From assembly GCA_964484315.1 (NCBI GenBank), contig CAZAEF010000001.1:1-46324 (forward strand): a stretch of 46,324 nucleotides of DNA. Direction: 5' to 3'. Positions 1 to 9,719 of this stretch are shown piece by piece. This DNA is from an uncultured Candidatus Saccharibacteria bacterium (GTDB lineage Bacteria > Patescibacteriota > Minisyncoccia > Phycocordibacterales > PALSA-1337). Each line of letters starts with the position of its first letter. The stretch's first letter is position 1. The notes beneath the pieces are model-generated. The model saw nothing but the letters and a program-made list of their open reading frames with translations. It ran no database searches and was not told the DNA's origin. The translations under genes were made by a program, and so were the position numbers.

Positions 1-30
1 AAATTATATAAAGCATATAATGTGCGCCAT

Positions 31-1083
31 ATGTCGAAGGTAAGGCCTCTGGAGAGAATAGATATTGTTCTAACGGTTTTTAATCAAGAAGAGATTATTG
101 AACGCGTCCTGCATGGTATTTTCCGTAATACTACCACACCTTTTAACCTTATCCTTATTTTTGATGGTTGTAACGATCACTCCAAAGAGAGATCCCTCGT
201 GTATATAAAGAAGGTCAAGCCTTACCTCATGGAAAAGCTAATTTCCCATGATACTCCCAATCTCTTCGAGCTTAGAGCAAATAACTTCGGTTTCAGGTTG
301 GCAGAGACTGCCCATATCATTACGCTCCAGGACGATATGATCATACAGGAATACGGCTGGGAACGCCGATTGACATATCCGCTACGGAGATATGATGACA
401 TACTGGCAGTATCTGGACGAGCCTCCCAAGATGTCAAACATATGGGCAATGGAATAGAGAATTATTCCAATATTTTTGCAATGGAAACTGACATTTTTTC
501 TGATCAAAGAAACGTATTTGCTATACGCGATGTATGCATACGTGGACCTGTTGCTCTGCGCAATGATTATCTGAAACAACTCGGATACCTCAATGATCGA
601 TATGCTCCAGGAGCGTTGGACGATGCAGAGATCTCGCTTCGCGCATGGCTGGACAGATCTTGGAAGGTCGGAGCATTCTGGGTAAAGTATCTCTCTAAGA
701 AGGAATGGAGTAAGGTTAATGCGCCGGATTCAACCATGAAGGCATGGGAATCATGCAGTCGGAATCGAATCCGTCTCTATGAGGATTTCAAGGAATATCT
801 TGACTCTGGCATAAAGCACGATGAAGATATAAGAATTGGAAAAGATGAGATAGACTATATAAATGGACGGAATGATTTTCTCATCAAGTCCTTTTGGATG
901 CTAAGATACCCGATCAGATTTGACAAACGCAGGATAAAGACGTTATGGAATATATCAAGAAGAATGGTGATGATAGCGATCAAATTCCCGATTATTCATT
1001 TTTTAGGCCTGTTCCTTGGAAAAAAATGGACAAAGGAGGCTTCAGAATCGGGGTTTAAAGATGCGATAAAAAACATGCTGTAA
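31..1083 (+). CDS. Glycosyltransferase, GT-A fold / family 2-like (paralog A)
   Basis: ORF 22..1083 (GTG 22, first ATG 31). IDIVLTVFNQEEIIERVL..NLILIFDGCNDHS and ITLQDDMI (DxD-like) fit GT2-type enzymes. It aligns over most of its length with the convergent ORF 1042..1929. Confidence 0.7.
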   Translation: MSKVRPLERIDIVLTVFNQEEIIERVLHGIFRNTTTPFNLILIFDGCNDHSKERSLVYIKKVKPYLMEKLISHDTPNLFELRANNFGFRLAETAHIITLQDDMIIQEYGWERRLTYPLRRYDDILAVSGRASQDVKHMGNGIENYSNIFAMETDIFSDQRNVFAIRDVCIRGPVALRNDYLKQLGYLNDRYAPGALDDAEISLRAWLDRSWKVGAFWVKYLSKKEWSKVNAPDSTMKAWESCSRNRIRLYEDFKEYLDSGIKHDEDIRIGKDEIDYINGRNDFLIKSFWMLRYPIRFDKRRIKTLWNISRRMVMIAIKFPIIHFLGLFLGKKWTKEASESGFKDAIKNML

Positions 1084-1929
1084 TATCGAAGCAATCTTCC
1101 TTTGCGGAATGTAATCAATTTCTGATTCAGGAATCACAATATCCTGATCATGATTTTTTCCAGAAATAATGTATTTTTCGTGCCTTTTCTTTAGTAGGGT
1201 GGCATTCTTGGGAATATGATTTTCTCTATACATGTCCGAATCCTTTGATCGAGCTTTTCCCCATTCTCTGCGTGAGATATAGTCTATCCAGTATGCCCCA
1301 CAACGAAGTTTATTTTTTTCCCATGCACGCAAGCACAGATCGGCATCATCCAGATCCGAAGGAGCGTAAGCCTCGTCTAGGTAGTTCATATCTCTGAGAT
1401 ATTTCATATTAAAGGCGACGGGACCGCGATTTATGCTATCTCTTACGGCAAATACATTGCGCGGTAAGTTTTTCAATTCCCTGGAGACTTGATTTATGAA
1501 GTACTCCTGGTTGCTTGGATTATCGATAAGGCCGACATCTTGGGCCGTCCTTCCAGTAACCGCAATTACATCACTAAACTTCCGCAATGGGTAAGTGAGC
1601 CTTCTTTCCCAACCGTACTCATTGATGACCATGTCATCCTGTAAAGTTATCATAAAGTCTGTTAAAGCATTTTTGAAACCGATATTGTTTGCTTTTGTCT
1701 CATACACATTGGCTGCATGCTTGACGATCGTCTGTATAAGGAGCTTAGGCTTCTTTTTGTAAATGTATTTCATCGCCTTTTTTTCCGTATTATCAGTACA
1801 TCCGTCGAATACCAGGATGAGATTAAAGGGGGTAGTGGTATTCCTGAATACCCCTCGTAGGACACGATCAATCAGGTTTTCCTGATTGTATATCGTGAGG
1901 ACAATATCAAATATAGGTAAGGATTTCAT
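1042..1929 (-). CDS. Glycosyltransferase, GT-A fold / family 2-like (paralog B)
   Basis: ATG at 1929. FDIVLTIYNQENLIDRVL..NLILVFDGCTDNT and ITLQDDMVINEYGWERRLTYPLR mirror paralog A. Its 3' end overlaps paralog A by 42 nt (1042-1083). Confidence 0.7.
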   Translation of the reverse strand: MKSLPIFDIVLTIYNQENLIDRVLRGVFRNTTTPFNLILVFDGCTDNTEKKAMKYIYKKKPKLLIQTIVKHAANVYETKANNIGFKNALTDFMITLQDDMVINEYGWERRLTYPLRKFSDVIAVTGRTAQDVGLIDNPSNQEYFINQVSRELKNLPRNVFAVRDSINRGPVAFNMKYLRDMNYLDEAYAPSDLDDADLCLRAWEKNKLRCGAYWIDYISRREWGKARSKDSDMYRENHIPKNATLLKKRHEKYIISGKNHDQDIVIPESEIDYIPQRKIASILQHVFYRIFKPRF

Positions 1930-1941
1930 ACGGCTTCATTT

Positions 1942-2955
1942 TCAAATTCCGGCTTTTATCCTGCAGGCATCCAGAAGTTTCATGCCAGCCAATGCTTCAT
2001 CTCCATTGCATGGAACTATGGAATTTTTTTTATTTCCATACAACAGGGTATCTATTTCTTTTTCAAATACATCCCCGCCGTCTGTCTCCGAGACGATAGT
2101 CTCCGTTTCTTTTTGGGATTGTCCAGACATCCATCCCCATTTTTTTCCTCTGGTATAACGTTGTTTGCCGTAGCTTCGACCTCGACCTTCCACGATACCA
2201 TAACCTTCGTCACCGTTTATTTCAATCCTAAAGGTGCTTCGCCATTTGACTATGGAGGCCTGGAGGTTAATAATGCTCTGTGCACTCTGCATCAGGACGT
2301 GGGCTTCCTCCTCTATTCCCGTCTTCCACGATCCACTCCATGTCATAGCGTCTTTAACAACGATATCATTACCAAACATGCAACCGCAGAGATCCAGCAG
2401 ATGAATTCCCGGATCTATGAGCACTCCTCCTCCGGCTTTCTCCGGATTTAGTTTCCAGCCGTCCTTGTCCTTTGGGCTTCCGCCGTGGCCAAGCGTCATG
2501 CTGACAGAAATTATATTGCCGAAGATTTTTTTATGCATATCTTCAAGCGCCATATTTATACCCTCATAAAAGCGGTAGTTAAAGCCGATATATAGCTGTC
2601 TAGGCCTAACCTGAGCAGATACAATGTTTTTTGCTTCAGTCATATCTCTGCCAAGAGGTTTTTCCATAAGGACGTTGAACCCTTCTGACAATGCCCTTCT
2701 TGCGAGCTCAGCGGAAGCATCATGCGGTGTTGAAATAAATACCCAGTCCGGTTTTATGGCAATAATCTCCTTCATGGAATCCGTCAGATGGAGGTCGTGT
2801 TTATATAGTAGATCAGACTTTTCCTTCAAGTATGGGTCATATACCGCACAGAGGTTTATTTTCCTTCCAGACATGGCAAGGTTCATCACCGCTGAAATTC
2901 TTTCTTGACCGATCAATCCGGCCCCTACCTGGCATATTTTTATTACCTTGCTCAT
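1942..2955 (-). CDS. Gfo/Idh/MocA family NAD(P)-dependent sugar oxidoreductase
   Basis: N-terminal Rossmann motif ICQVGAGLIGQER and the family-typical LMEKPL motif. ATGA start/stop overlap with the upstream gene at 2952-2955. Confidence 0.75.
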   Translation of the reverse strand: MSKVIKICQVGAGLIGQERISAVMNLAMSGRKINLCAVYDPYLKEKSDLLYKHDLHLTDSMKEIIAIKPDWVFISTPHDASAELARRALSEGFNVLMEKPLGRDMTEAKNIVSAQVRPRQLYIGFNYRFYEGINMALEDMHKKIFGNIISVSMTLGHGGSPKDKDGWKLNPEKAGGGVLIDPGIHLLDLCGCMFGNDIVVKDAMTWSGSWKTGIEEEAHVLMQSAQSIINLQASIVKWRSTFRIEINGDEGYGIVEGRGRSYGKQRYTRGKKWGWMSGQSQKETETIVSETDGGDVFEKEIDTLLYGNKKNSIVPCNGDEALAGMKLLDACRIKAGI

Positions 2956-3836
2956 ATTCTCTCTAGTTTTTTTGATAAGTCTTTCCTCAAAAAGATATAG
3001 CTGGCGCCCGTGATCTTATTCCTGTCTTTTATTTTCTCAAGAGAAGCGGTATCGGTTATTTCGTATCCATCATAGCCATATTTGTCCATGAGTGCAAAAG
3101 TTTCCAGGAACCGTGGATTTTCCCCACCGCTCCAATATTTAATTATCTCTATGATAAAGCCGATTGGGCGGACCCGTTTTATAAATTGGTCAGCACCTTC
3201 CAGTGCAAAATACTCATTTCCTTCCACGTCGATTTTTATAAAGACAGATGCATTGGTCGGAATCTCATTCGTATAATTATCCAATCTGTCAATATTCACA
3301 GTTATTTTTTCTATGGGAATTTCGTTGTAAGTCCCTCTAACTATTGATCCGCCAGCGTCATTTCCATAGAGGGTCAATGTTTCCTTCTTTATTCCCAAGC
3401 CGACAGGATGGATGACGGTTTTTTTTGCATCGTTTATTCTTAGATTTTTTTCCAGGGATCTTACATTATCTCGTGAAGGTTCAAAGGCGATAATGTTCAT
3501 GTCAGGACGCATCTTGTTCATGAGGCATGAATAATATCCTATATGGGCACCTATATCTATAAAGCAGTCGAAATATGGCATGAGTTTTTTTACGATTGCC
3601 ACCTCGTCAGATTCAAAAGGGCTTTCTACGAACTTTTTCCACGTCCTATGCTTGCGGTATTCATAGCATCCGAGGAGATAGCCCCCGTCCATTTTGACCG
3701 CCATGAACTTATCTGTCTTGAGTTCATCTTTCCTGATCTCATATATCCAATAGAACAATCTGCTGAATGTAGGCTTGGTGTCCAGATAACGTAATAGAGA
3801 TATGAGTCTTTTTTTATTGTAAGAAATAATTCCCAT
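2952..3836 (-). CDS. FkbM family methyltransferase
   Basis: FIDIGAHIGYYS (SAM motif I) and IIAFEPSRDNVRSLEKNL are typical of FkbM-type methyltransferases. Confidence 0.7.
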   Translation of the reverse strand: MGIISYNKKRLISLLRYLDTKPTFSRLFYWIYEIRKDELKTDKFMAVKMDGGYLLGCYEYRKHRTWKKFVESPFESDEVAIVKKLMPYFDCFIDIGAHIGYYSCLMNKMRPDMNIIAFEPSRDNVRSLEKNLRINDAKKTVIHPVGLGIKKETLTLYGNDAGGSIVRGTYNEIPIEKITVNIDRLDNYTNEIPTNASVFIKIDVEGNEYFALEGADQFIKRVRPIGFIIEIIKYWSGGENPRFLETFALMDKYGYDGYEITDTASLEKIKDRNKITGASYIFLRKDLSKKLERI

Positions 3837-3937
3837 ACGTCAGGATGTTATGTGTGAAATCTAGCATATTATATCATTCCTCACAATCAAGTTTTTTCCT
3901 AGACTTCCATAATTTTATGATATAGACTGTATTGGCA

Positions 3938-4756
3938 ATGAAGATAAGACTTCCAAAGATTATAAAGACGCCCACGATTTTTCTTCTCGAGAAGATGGGC
4001 TTCAAGGAGGTCTCCACTGAGGGCATAATTACGACGCTTCAGAATGCCATCTTTACAAAGGTCGGCAGAGAAAATGGACCATCAAGAGAGCTTTGGATCG
4101 AAGAGACCCTTAAAAAGATACCCGCAGGGAAGAGCATATTGGACGCTGGAGCAGGGGAGTTGAAGTATAAAGTATTTTGCAGTCACTTGGATTATACGAG
4201 TCAAGATTTCGGCAAGTATGATGGACATGGCACAGGGGAGGGTATACAAGTCGGAGCCTGGGATAATTCAAAGCTGGATATCGTGTCCGACATCATTAGC
4301 ATTCCGGTTCCGAATAAATCCTTCGATGCAATTCTCTGCATCGAAGTCTTCGAACATATCCCGGAACCCGCTCTCGCCGTAAAGGAGTTCTCGAGAATAG
4401 TCCGTCCAGGAGGAAAGGTTATCATCACGTCGCCATTCTGCTCATTGACCCATTTCGCACCGTTTTATTTTGCAAACGGCTACAGCAAATATTGGTATGA
4501 AAAAGTCCTGACAGAACACGGATTTGAGATCGAAGAAATATTTTTTAACGGAAATTTCTTTAAATATCTCGGTCAGGAGATAAGAAATATCAGAGCAATG
4601 GCGTCGCGCTATTCAGGAACAAATACTAAATGGTGGATCTGTTTCAGGGTAGCCGAGATTGTCATGTTGCAGGCATTATCACGCCTTTCAAAAAAGGACA
4701 AAAGGTCGCAGGAATTATTATGTTTCGGCCTTCATGTCGTCGCGAGAAAAAAATAA
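3938..4756 (+). CDS. Class I SAM-dependent methyltransferase (tandem copy 1)
   Basis: ORF 3932..4756 (TTG 3932, ATG 3938). ILDAGAGELKY (motif I), ILCIEVFEHIPEP and IVRPGGKVIIT. Confidence 0.7.
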   Translation: MKIRLPKIIKTPTIFLLEKMGFKEVSTEGIITTLQNAIFTKVGRENGPSRELWIEETLKKIPAGKSILDAGAGELKYKVFCSHLDYTSQDFGKYDGHGTGEGIQVGAWDNSKLDIVSDIISIPVPNKSFDAILCIEVFEHIPEPALAVKEFSRIVRPGGKVIITSPFCSLTHFAPFYFANGYSKYWYEKVLTEHGFEIEEIFFNGNFFKYLGQEIRNIRAMASRYSGTNTKWWICFRVAEIVMLQALSRLSKKDKRSQELLCFGLHVVARKK

Positions 4757-4778
4757 TAATAATATTATTACATACAAG

Positions 4779-5624
4779 ATGTCATCAAAGATCATACGAG
4801 GAATAAAAAATATCATCATCTTTATTCTCCATGTAATTCTCCCAAAGGATTCATTGGAGGTATTGGATAGGCAGGGAATTGTATCCAGTCTGCGTCACTT
4901 CCGCGACAAAATAACCCTTGCAAATTGGGTAGGACTTCTAAATTACAGGACGAGAGACTTATGGGTGCAAGAAAAACTCAGAGATATACCGAGAGGATTG
5001 TCCGTGCTGGACGCTGGCGCGGGAATACAGATGTATAAAAACTCCTGCAAACATCTCAAATACACCAGTCAGGATTTTGGCGAGTTTACCGGGGCTATGA
5101 CAGAAAGGGACAAGATGACTACTGACGTGCAATACAATACGAAGACGTGCGACATAATCTCTAACATTACAAAGATACCAGTTGCCGATGGATCTTTTGA
5201 TGTAATACTATGCACCGAGGTTTTCGAGCATATTCCTGAACCCGCTCTGGCCGTAAAGGAGTTCTCGAGAATAGTCCGTCCTGGAGGAAAGGTCATCATA
5301 ACGGCGCCATTCTGCTCACTCACGCACCAGTCACCATTTTATTTTGCAAACGGTTACAGTAAGTACTGGTATGAGAAAATCCTCACCGACCACGGATTCA
5401 AGATTCAGGAGATATCCTACAATGGAAATTTTTTCGAATATATGGCGCAAGAGATAAGACGTATTCCCAACGTCAGCAAGCAATATCTCATGAAAAATAC
5501 CGGCATACTGACGAAACTACAGATTTATTTTTTACTTAGAAAGCTTCACAAGTTGTCGGTTAAAGACAAGGAATCCCAGGAACTGCTTTGCTTCGGCCTC
5601 CAGGTAGTAGCAGTAAAGACATAA
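4779..5624 (+). CDS. Class I SAM-dependent methyltransferase (tandem copy 2)
   Basis: ORF 4659..5624. ATG 4779 (MSSKII..) avoids overlap with copy 1. VLDAGAGIQMY, ILCTEVFEHIPEP. The C-terminal half is near-identical to copy 1. Confidence 0.7.
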   Translation: MSSKIIRGIKNIIIFILHVILPKDSLEVLDRQGIVSSLRHFRDKITLANWVGLLNYRTRDLWVQEKLRDIPRGLSVLDAGAGIQMYKNSCKHLKYTSQDFGEFTGAMTERDKMTTDVQYNTKTCDIISNITKIPVADGSFDVILCTEVFEHIPEPALAVKEFSRIVRPGGKVIITAPFCSLTHQSPFYFANGYSKYWYEKILTDHGFKIQEISYNGNFFEYMAQEIRRIPNVSKQYLMKNTGILTKLQIYFLLRKLHKLSVKDKESQELLCFGLQVVAVKT

Positions 5625-6892
5625 TGAAGGACTATATAAAAAAAACAAAGGCCTTTGCCCTATATAAAAAATTTAGGATTCTATATAATAATGCCAAGTA
5701 CGAAATATTTGAGAGTAGGCTGGTATTCAGTTTGTCTTACTTTTATTATAGCATTTCGAACGTTGTCCAAAATACCCTGTATTATGATCGCATAAAATAT
5801 ATTTCGCATAAAGTCAGCCTCAAGGACATAAAGAGTGTAATAATTGTCTATTCTAAACTGCACTTCGATCCGGAAAATGATACACCGGAAAGACCCTTGT
5901 ATTACACAGGTACGGCCAGCGTCACTAGGCAGATATGGAACCTTTTTGAAGGAAAGGAACGTCATTATGTCGATATAAAGACATCGAGTCCTGATACCAT
6001 CCCGAAGGCTGATATTATCATAGGGCTTATGTCAGAAAATTTTAGGACCTGCGCTGAGAAAAATCCCCAGGCAAAAAAAATACTCCTTCTGGTAAATTGC
6101 CATCCATTGTATAGGGCGAGGGTACTCCTGGAGGAATCGAAAAGTCTGAATAAGCGTTTACCTCCGACCGAATGGGTGTCTCCAAAATTATTCTTTAGGG
6201 TAAGAAAATATGCCAATTCCATTGCACTGACCGGAAATGAAGTAATAAAGAACACCTATCTTGATTTCGGCGTCAGGGAAGTCCCGATACATTTATGGAA
6301 TACTGGCATCAATACCGACAGAATTGTGCCAAACCCGGGACTTCGCCCGAAGGACAAGATCAGGTTTGTATACCCGGCAAGTCACAAGGCCATCCGCAAA
6401 GGACTTTTTAGAATGATCAATTCGTGGAAAAAACTAAATACCCTTGTTCCGTCGGAAAGTATAGAATTATATCTGGTGGGCGGTGATGAGCCGTCATTTT
6501 CCAGGGATGTTAGCTCCTTCATTAAGGAATATCCGAATGCATTCAATCTTCCATGGGTTGATACAGACACTCAACTGAAATACTTCCAATCCAGTCACGC
6601 GGTGATAGGTCCCGCAATAGAGGAGGGTCAGGTTACGACCGTACTTGAGGTAATGGCCTGCGGTGCCGTTCCCATTATTACGCCACAGTGCGGCATCAAC
6701 ATCGAGGACGGTACGGAGGGATTCATTATAAAGGATTACAAGGATGCTGATGAAATTGCCATGTATATGGAGAGAATTGTAAAGGACAAAACTCTTCGGG
6801 AGAGAATATCTCTCTTGGCGATATCTAATGTCGTTAGAAATAACGGCTGGGAGGGTTTCCGAGATAATTTCAAGAAGATTATTGAGGAATGA
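5624..6892 (+). CDS. Glycosyltransferase family 1 / GT4-like
   Basis: ATG 5624 overlaps the TAA of the upstream gene (TAATG). C-terminal EEGQVTTVLEVMACGAVPIITPQCG..EDGTEGFII is the GT-B E-x7-E type motif. Confidence 0.7.
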   Translation: MKDYIKKTKAFALYKKFRILYNNAKYEIFESRLVFSLSYFYYSISNVVQNTLYYDRIKYISHKVSLKDIKSVIIVYSKLHFDPENDTPERPLYYTGTASVTRQIWNLFEGKERHYVDIKTSSPDTIPKADIIIGLMSENFRTCAEKNPQAKKILLLVNCHPLYRARVLLEESKSLNKRLPPTEWVSPKLFFRVRKYANSIALTGNEVIKNTYLDFGVREVPIHLWNTGINTDRIVPNPGLRPKDKIRFVYPASHKAIRKGLFRMINSWKKLNTLVPSESIELYLVGGDEPSFSRDVSSFIKEYPNAFNLPWVDTDTQLKYFQSSHAVIGPAIEEGQVTTVLEVMACGAVPIITPQCGINIEDGTEGFIIKDYKDADEIAMYMERIVKDKTLRERISLLAISNVVRNNGWEGFRDNFKKIIEE

Positions 6893-6901
6893 TCGGTAAG
6901 A

Positions 6902-8698
6902 TTATTGTTTTACTGAAAGGATTTTATGAAAGTAAGAATCCTGAGACGAACCAAGTTCTTGTGGCGATCCTGTTTCAGTGACATGGCCATCCTTTAGGAC
7001 AATTAGTCTGTCTGAATTCATTACAGTACTTGGTTTATGAGCAATTATGATTATAGTAACCTTGCCTTTCAGTTCTTCTATATCCTTCTGAATCAAGGTT
7101 TCGGACTCGTTGTCTAGGGCGCTTGTTGCCTCGTCTAGGATAATAATCTTCGGCTTCCTGGCTAGTACCCTGGCAAGGGCGATGCGTTGGCGTTGCCCAC
7201 CGGATATTTCCATTCCTCGTTCTCCGACCTGGGTTTTGAATCCATTCGATTGTGAGATAGCAAAATCATATATATTTGCTATCTTTGCCGCTCCGATCAT
7301 GTCATCATCAGATATTTCTGGATTGTGAAGCTTGATGTTATTTTCAATAGTGTCATTAATGAGAAAGACGTCTTGCGATACATAACCTATGTGATTCCTC
7401 CAAGCACTTTTATCAATAAGACTTACATCTGTACTTCCAATAGAGATATTTCCCTTTGTAGGGTTTATAAGCCGGAGAAGGAGGTCTACTACAGTAGTCT
7501 TTCCAGCTCCTGAAGGGCCTATGATACCCGTGACTGTTCCTGGGGCAATACTGAAAGTCACACCGGAAAGAGTCTTTTTTCCCTCTGAATAGTTGAAATA
7601 CACTTCTTTAAATTCAATAGGTTCATTCCATCTGATATCTTTGGTGCCATCAATTTTCTCTCGATTTTCTTCCGCTTGTTTTTCGTATTCCACTGCTGTG
7701 CGAAGGAAAGGATAAAGGGCATTTATGTTCTGTATGCGCGCTTGGCCATCCTGAACATATGAGAAGAGTTTATTTATTGCGTAGACTATAACGGCAAAGG
7801 AAGCGAAATTAAAAGTTGTCAGTTTGTATGAAAAGGCAAATAATCCTAGGATTAGGAGGACACTCATGGGTTGAGTCACTACATATGTCAAGCTTGAGAG
7901 AACAGAAAGTCTCATGTCTATGCTACGGAGATCCTCAAAGTAAGACTGAACACGATTGGTCACAGCATGTTCTAGGTTCATTGCTTTGATTGTTTTGATA
8001 CCAATCATACTTTCGTTGATGTGCTGAGCTATGCGTTTCAAGATGTCGGCGCTCTGATTAGAGACTATTCGCACCCTATATACCAACGGTTTGAATGTAA
8101 GGAAAAAAATAAGACCTACAGCAATGGTGATGAGGGTGACTTGGGATGAGATAGAAAAGGCGATTGTGGCGTAAATACCAGCATTTATGACGAGTATTAC
8201 ACTACTTGAGATGTAAGAGAGTAGAGCGCTATAAGTGTTGATGTCAGTCATTACCACTTTCTCAAGGTGACCTATTTTCTGTTTTGATAAATATGGCCAA
8301 CTACTCTCAATAGTCATTTTGAAGAGGTGGTCGCGAGTTTTTCGCACATAGTCAGTGCGAATCCTGTCTGTCATATAGTTTGTACAGAATGTCATTATCG
8401 CTTTTCCGATAAATAGAATGGCTATAATTATGAGCAAGTATTTAAGATGGTAGGGTATATGAAGAAATGTAAAGATACTCTGAGTGAATTTAGAGATGGT
8501 ATCAGTAGCCTGGTTCTGGTCTTTCACGACAAAGGAAAAAAGGGGAATGATACTATTGATTCCGATACCTTCGAATATTCCACCAAGAAAGCTAATACCG
8601 ATAAGAGCTATTATTTTATAACGATAAGATCCGAAGGCTTTCCAGAAGACCTTCAGGGTAAATCCTATGCGACTTTCTTTGAATTCTTGTAGTATCAT
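6902..8698 (-). CDS. ABC transporter, fused permease/ATPase (MsbA/PglK-like exporter)
   Basis: Hydrophobic N-terminal half. Walker A GPSGAGKTT, signature ISGGQRQRIALAR, Walker B IIILDEATSALD. Confidence 0.85.
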   Translation of the reverse strand: MILQEFKESRIGFTLKVFWKAFGSYRYKIIALIGISFLGGIFEGIGINSIIPLFSFVVKDQNQATDTISKFTQSIFTFLHIPYHLKYLLIIIAILFIGKAIMTFCTNYMTDRIRTDYVRKTRDHLFKMTIESSWPYLSKQKIGHLEKVVMTDINTYSALLSYISSSVILVINAGIYATIAFSISSQVTLITIAVGLIFFLTFKPLVYRVRIVSNQSADILKRIAQHINESMIGIKTIKAMNLEHAVTNRVQSYFEDLRSIDMRLSVLSSLTYVVTQPMSVLLILGLFAFSYKLTTFNFASFAVIVYAINKLFSYVQDGQARIQNINALYPFLRTAVEYEKQAEENREKIDGTKDIRWNEPIEFKEVYFNYSEGKKTLSGVTFSIAPGTVTGIIGPSGAGKTTVVDLLLRLINPTKGNISIGSTDVSLIDKSAWRNHIGYVSQDVFLINDTIENNIKLHNPEISDDDMIGAAKIANIYDFAISQSNGFKTQVGERGMEISGGQRQRIALARVLARKPKIIILDEATSALDNESETLIQKDIEELKGKVTIIIIAHKPSTVMNSDRLIVLKDGHVTETGSPQELGSSQDSYFHKILSVKQ

Positions 8699-9666
8699 TT
8701 ATAGTTAAAAGTCACCAGAAGATCACGAACAGTCTTTTCCACAGCTGTTTTAGAGGTATATTTTTCTTTCCAACCTACTTGGCGGATTTTAGAACTGTCT
8801 ATACGTACGATTGCAACATCCCCAGGCCAGCCTATTCTTCCTTCGGTATGAGAAATAAGCACTTTATTTAGTGCCATTTCTTTTATAATTATTTCGGCTA
8901 TCTCATTGACAGTAATAAAAGTTGTTGAAGCCAGATTAAAAATATTGATGTTCTCTTTTGTCTTGTTGACAATGATCGAAACCGCCCTTAATACATCAGA
9001 AATATGCACATAGGATTTGCTCTGCAAGCCGTCTCCGAGGATGACGAGCTCATTTGGATTTCTCCTAAGCCGACCTATGAAATCAAAGATCACTCCATGT
9101 GTGGCTCTGTCTCCGATGATGTTTGCTGGTCGCAGGATCCATGATTGTATTCCAAAGAGGTGAGAAAAAGCAGAGATGAGTCCTTCTGCAGAAAGTTTTG
9201 ACGCTCCATACATTGAAATTGGAAAAAGAGGACCAAGGTCTTCTCGAGAGTATGTATTACCAAGATCGCCATAGACTCCACTACCAGAAAAGTATACCAG
9301 ACTTTTAACCTCTTTTGCCTTCATTATCTGGAGAAGGTTGAAAGTTGCGATGATAGTTTGGTTGAAATCGAGGGTTGGATCTTTGATTCCTTTTGAAATA
9401 TCTGGGTTAGCTGCGAGATGGATGACGAGATCTGTATTTTTCGGCAATGCTCCAGCGATACTATTTTTATCAAGCAAGTCTCCTTTTATCAGTTTTAGAT
9501 TCTTGCTGGACAATGATTTTTTTAAGAATAACTTCTCTCCAGATGAGAGATTATCGAACACCACTACCATCCTTCCATCGGCAATAAGTTCATCAACTAT
9601 ATGACTTCCGATAAAACCGGCTCCTCCCGTAACGAATATTTTACGGTATTCTTTAGGTATGAACAT
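8695..9666 (-). CDS. NAD-dependent epimerase/dehydratase (extended SDR)
   Basis: VTGGAGFIGSHIVDEL and YGASK catalytic motif. The ORF is open to TTG 9702, but ATG 9666 (MFIPKEY..) or ATG 9690 avoids a divergent overlap with the next gene. Stop overlaps the ABC start (ATGA). Confidence 0.8.
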   Translation of the reverse strand: MFIPKEYRKIFVTGGAGFIGSHIVDELIADGRMVVVFDNLSSGEKLFLKKSLSSKNLKLIKGDLLDKNSIAGALPKNTDLVIHLAANPDISKGIKDPTLDFNQTIIATFNLLQIMKAKEVKSLVYFSGSGVYGDLGNTYSREDLGPLFPISMYGASKLSAEGLISAFSHLFGIQSWILRPANIIGDRATHGVIFDFIGRLRRNPNELVILGDGLQSKSYVHISDVLRAVSIIVNKTKENINIFNLASTTFITVNEIAEIIIKEMALNKVLISHTEGRIGWPGDVAIVRIDSSKIRQVGWKEKYTSKTAVEKTVRDLLVTFNYK

Positions 9667-9719
9667 AAGTTTATTTTTATCACCTATCATGACTATTGTC
9701 AAACTTTTTTAAAAAGAGT

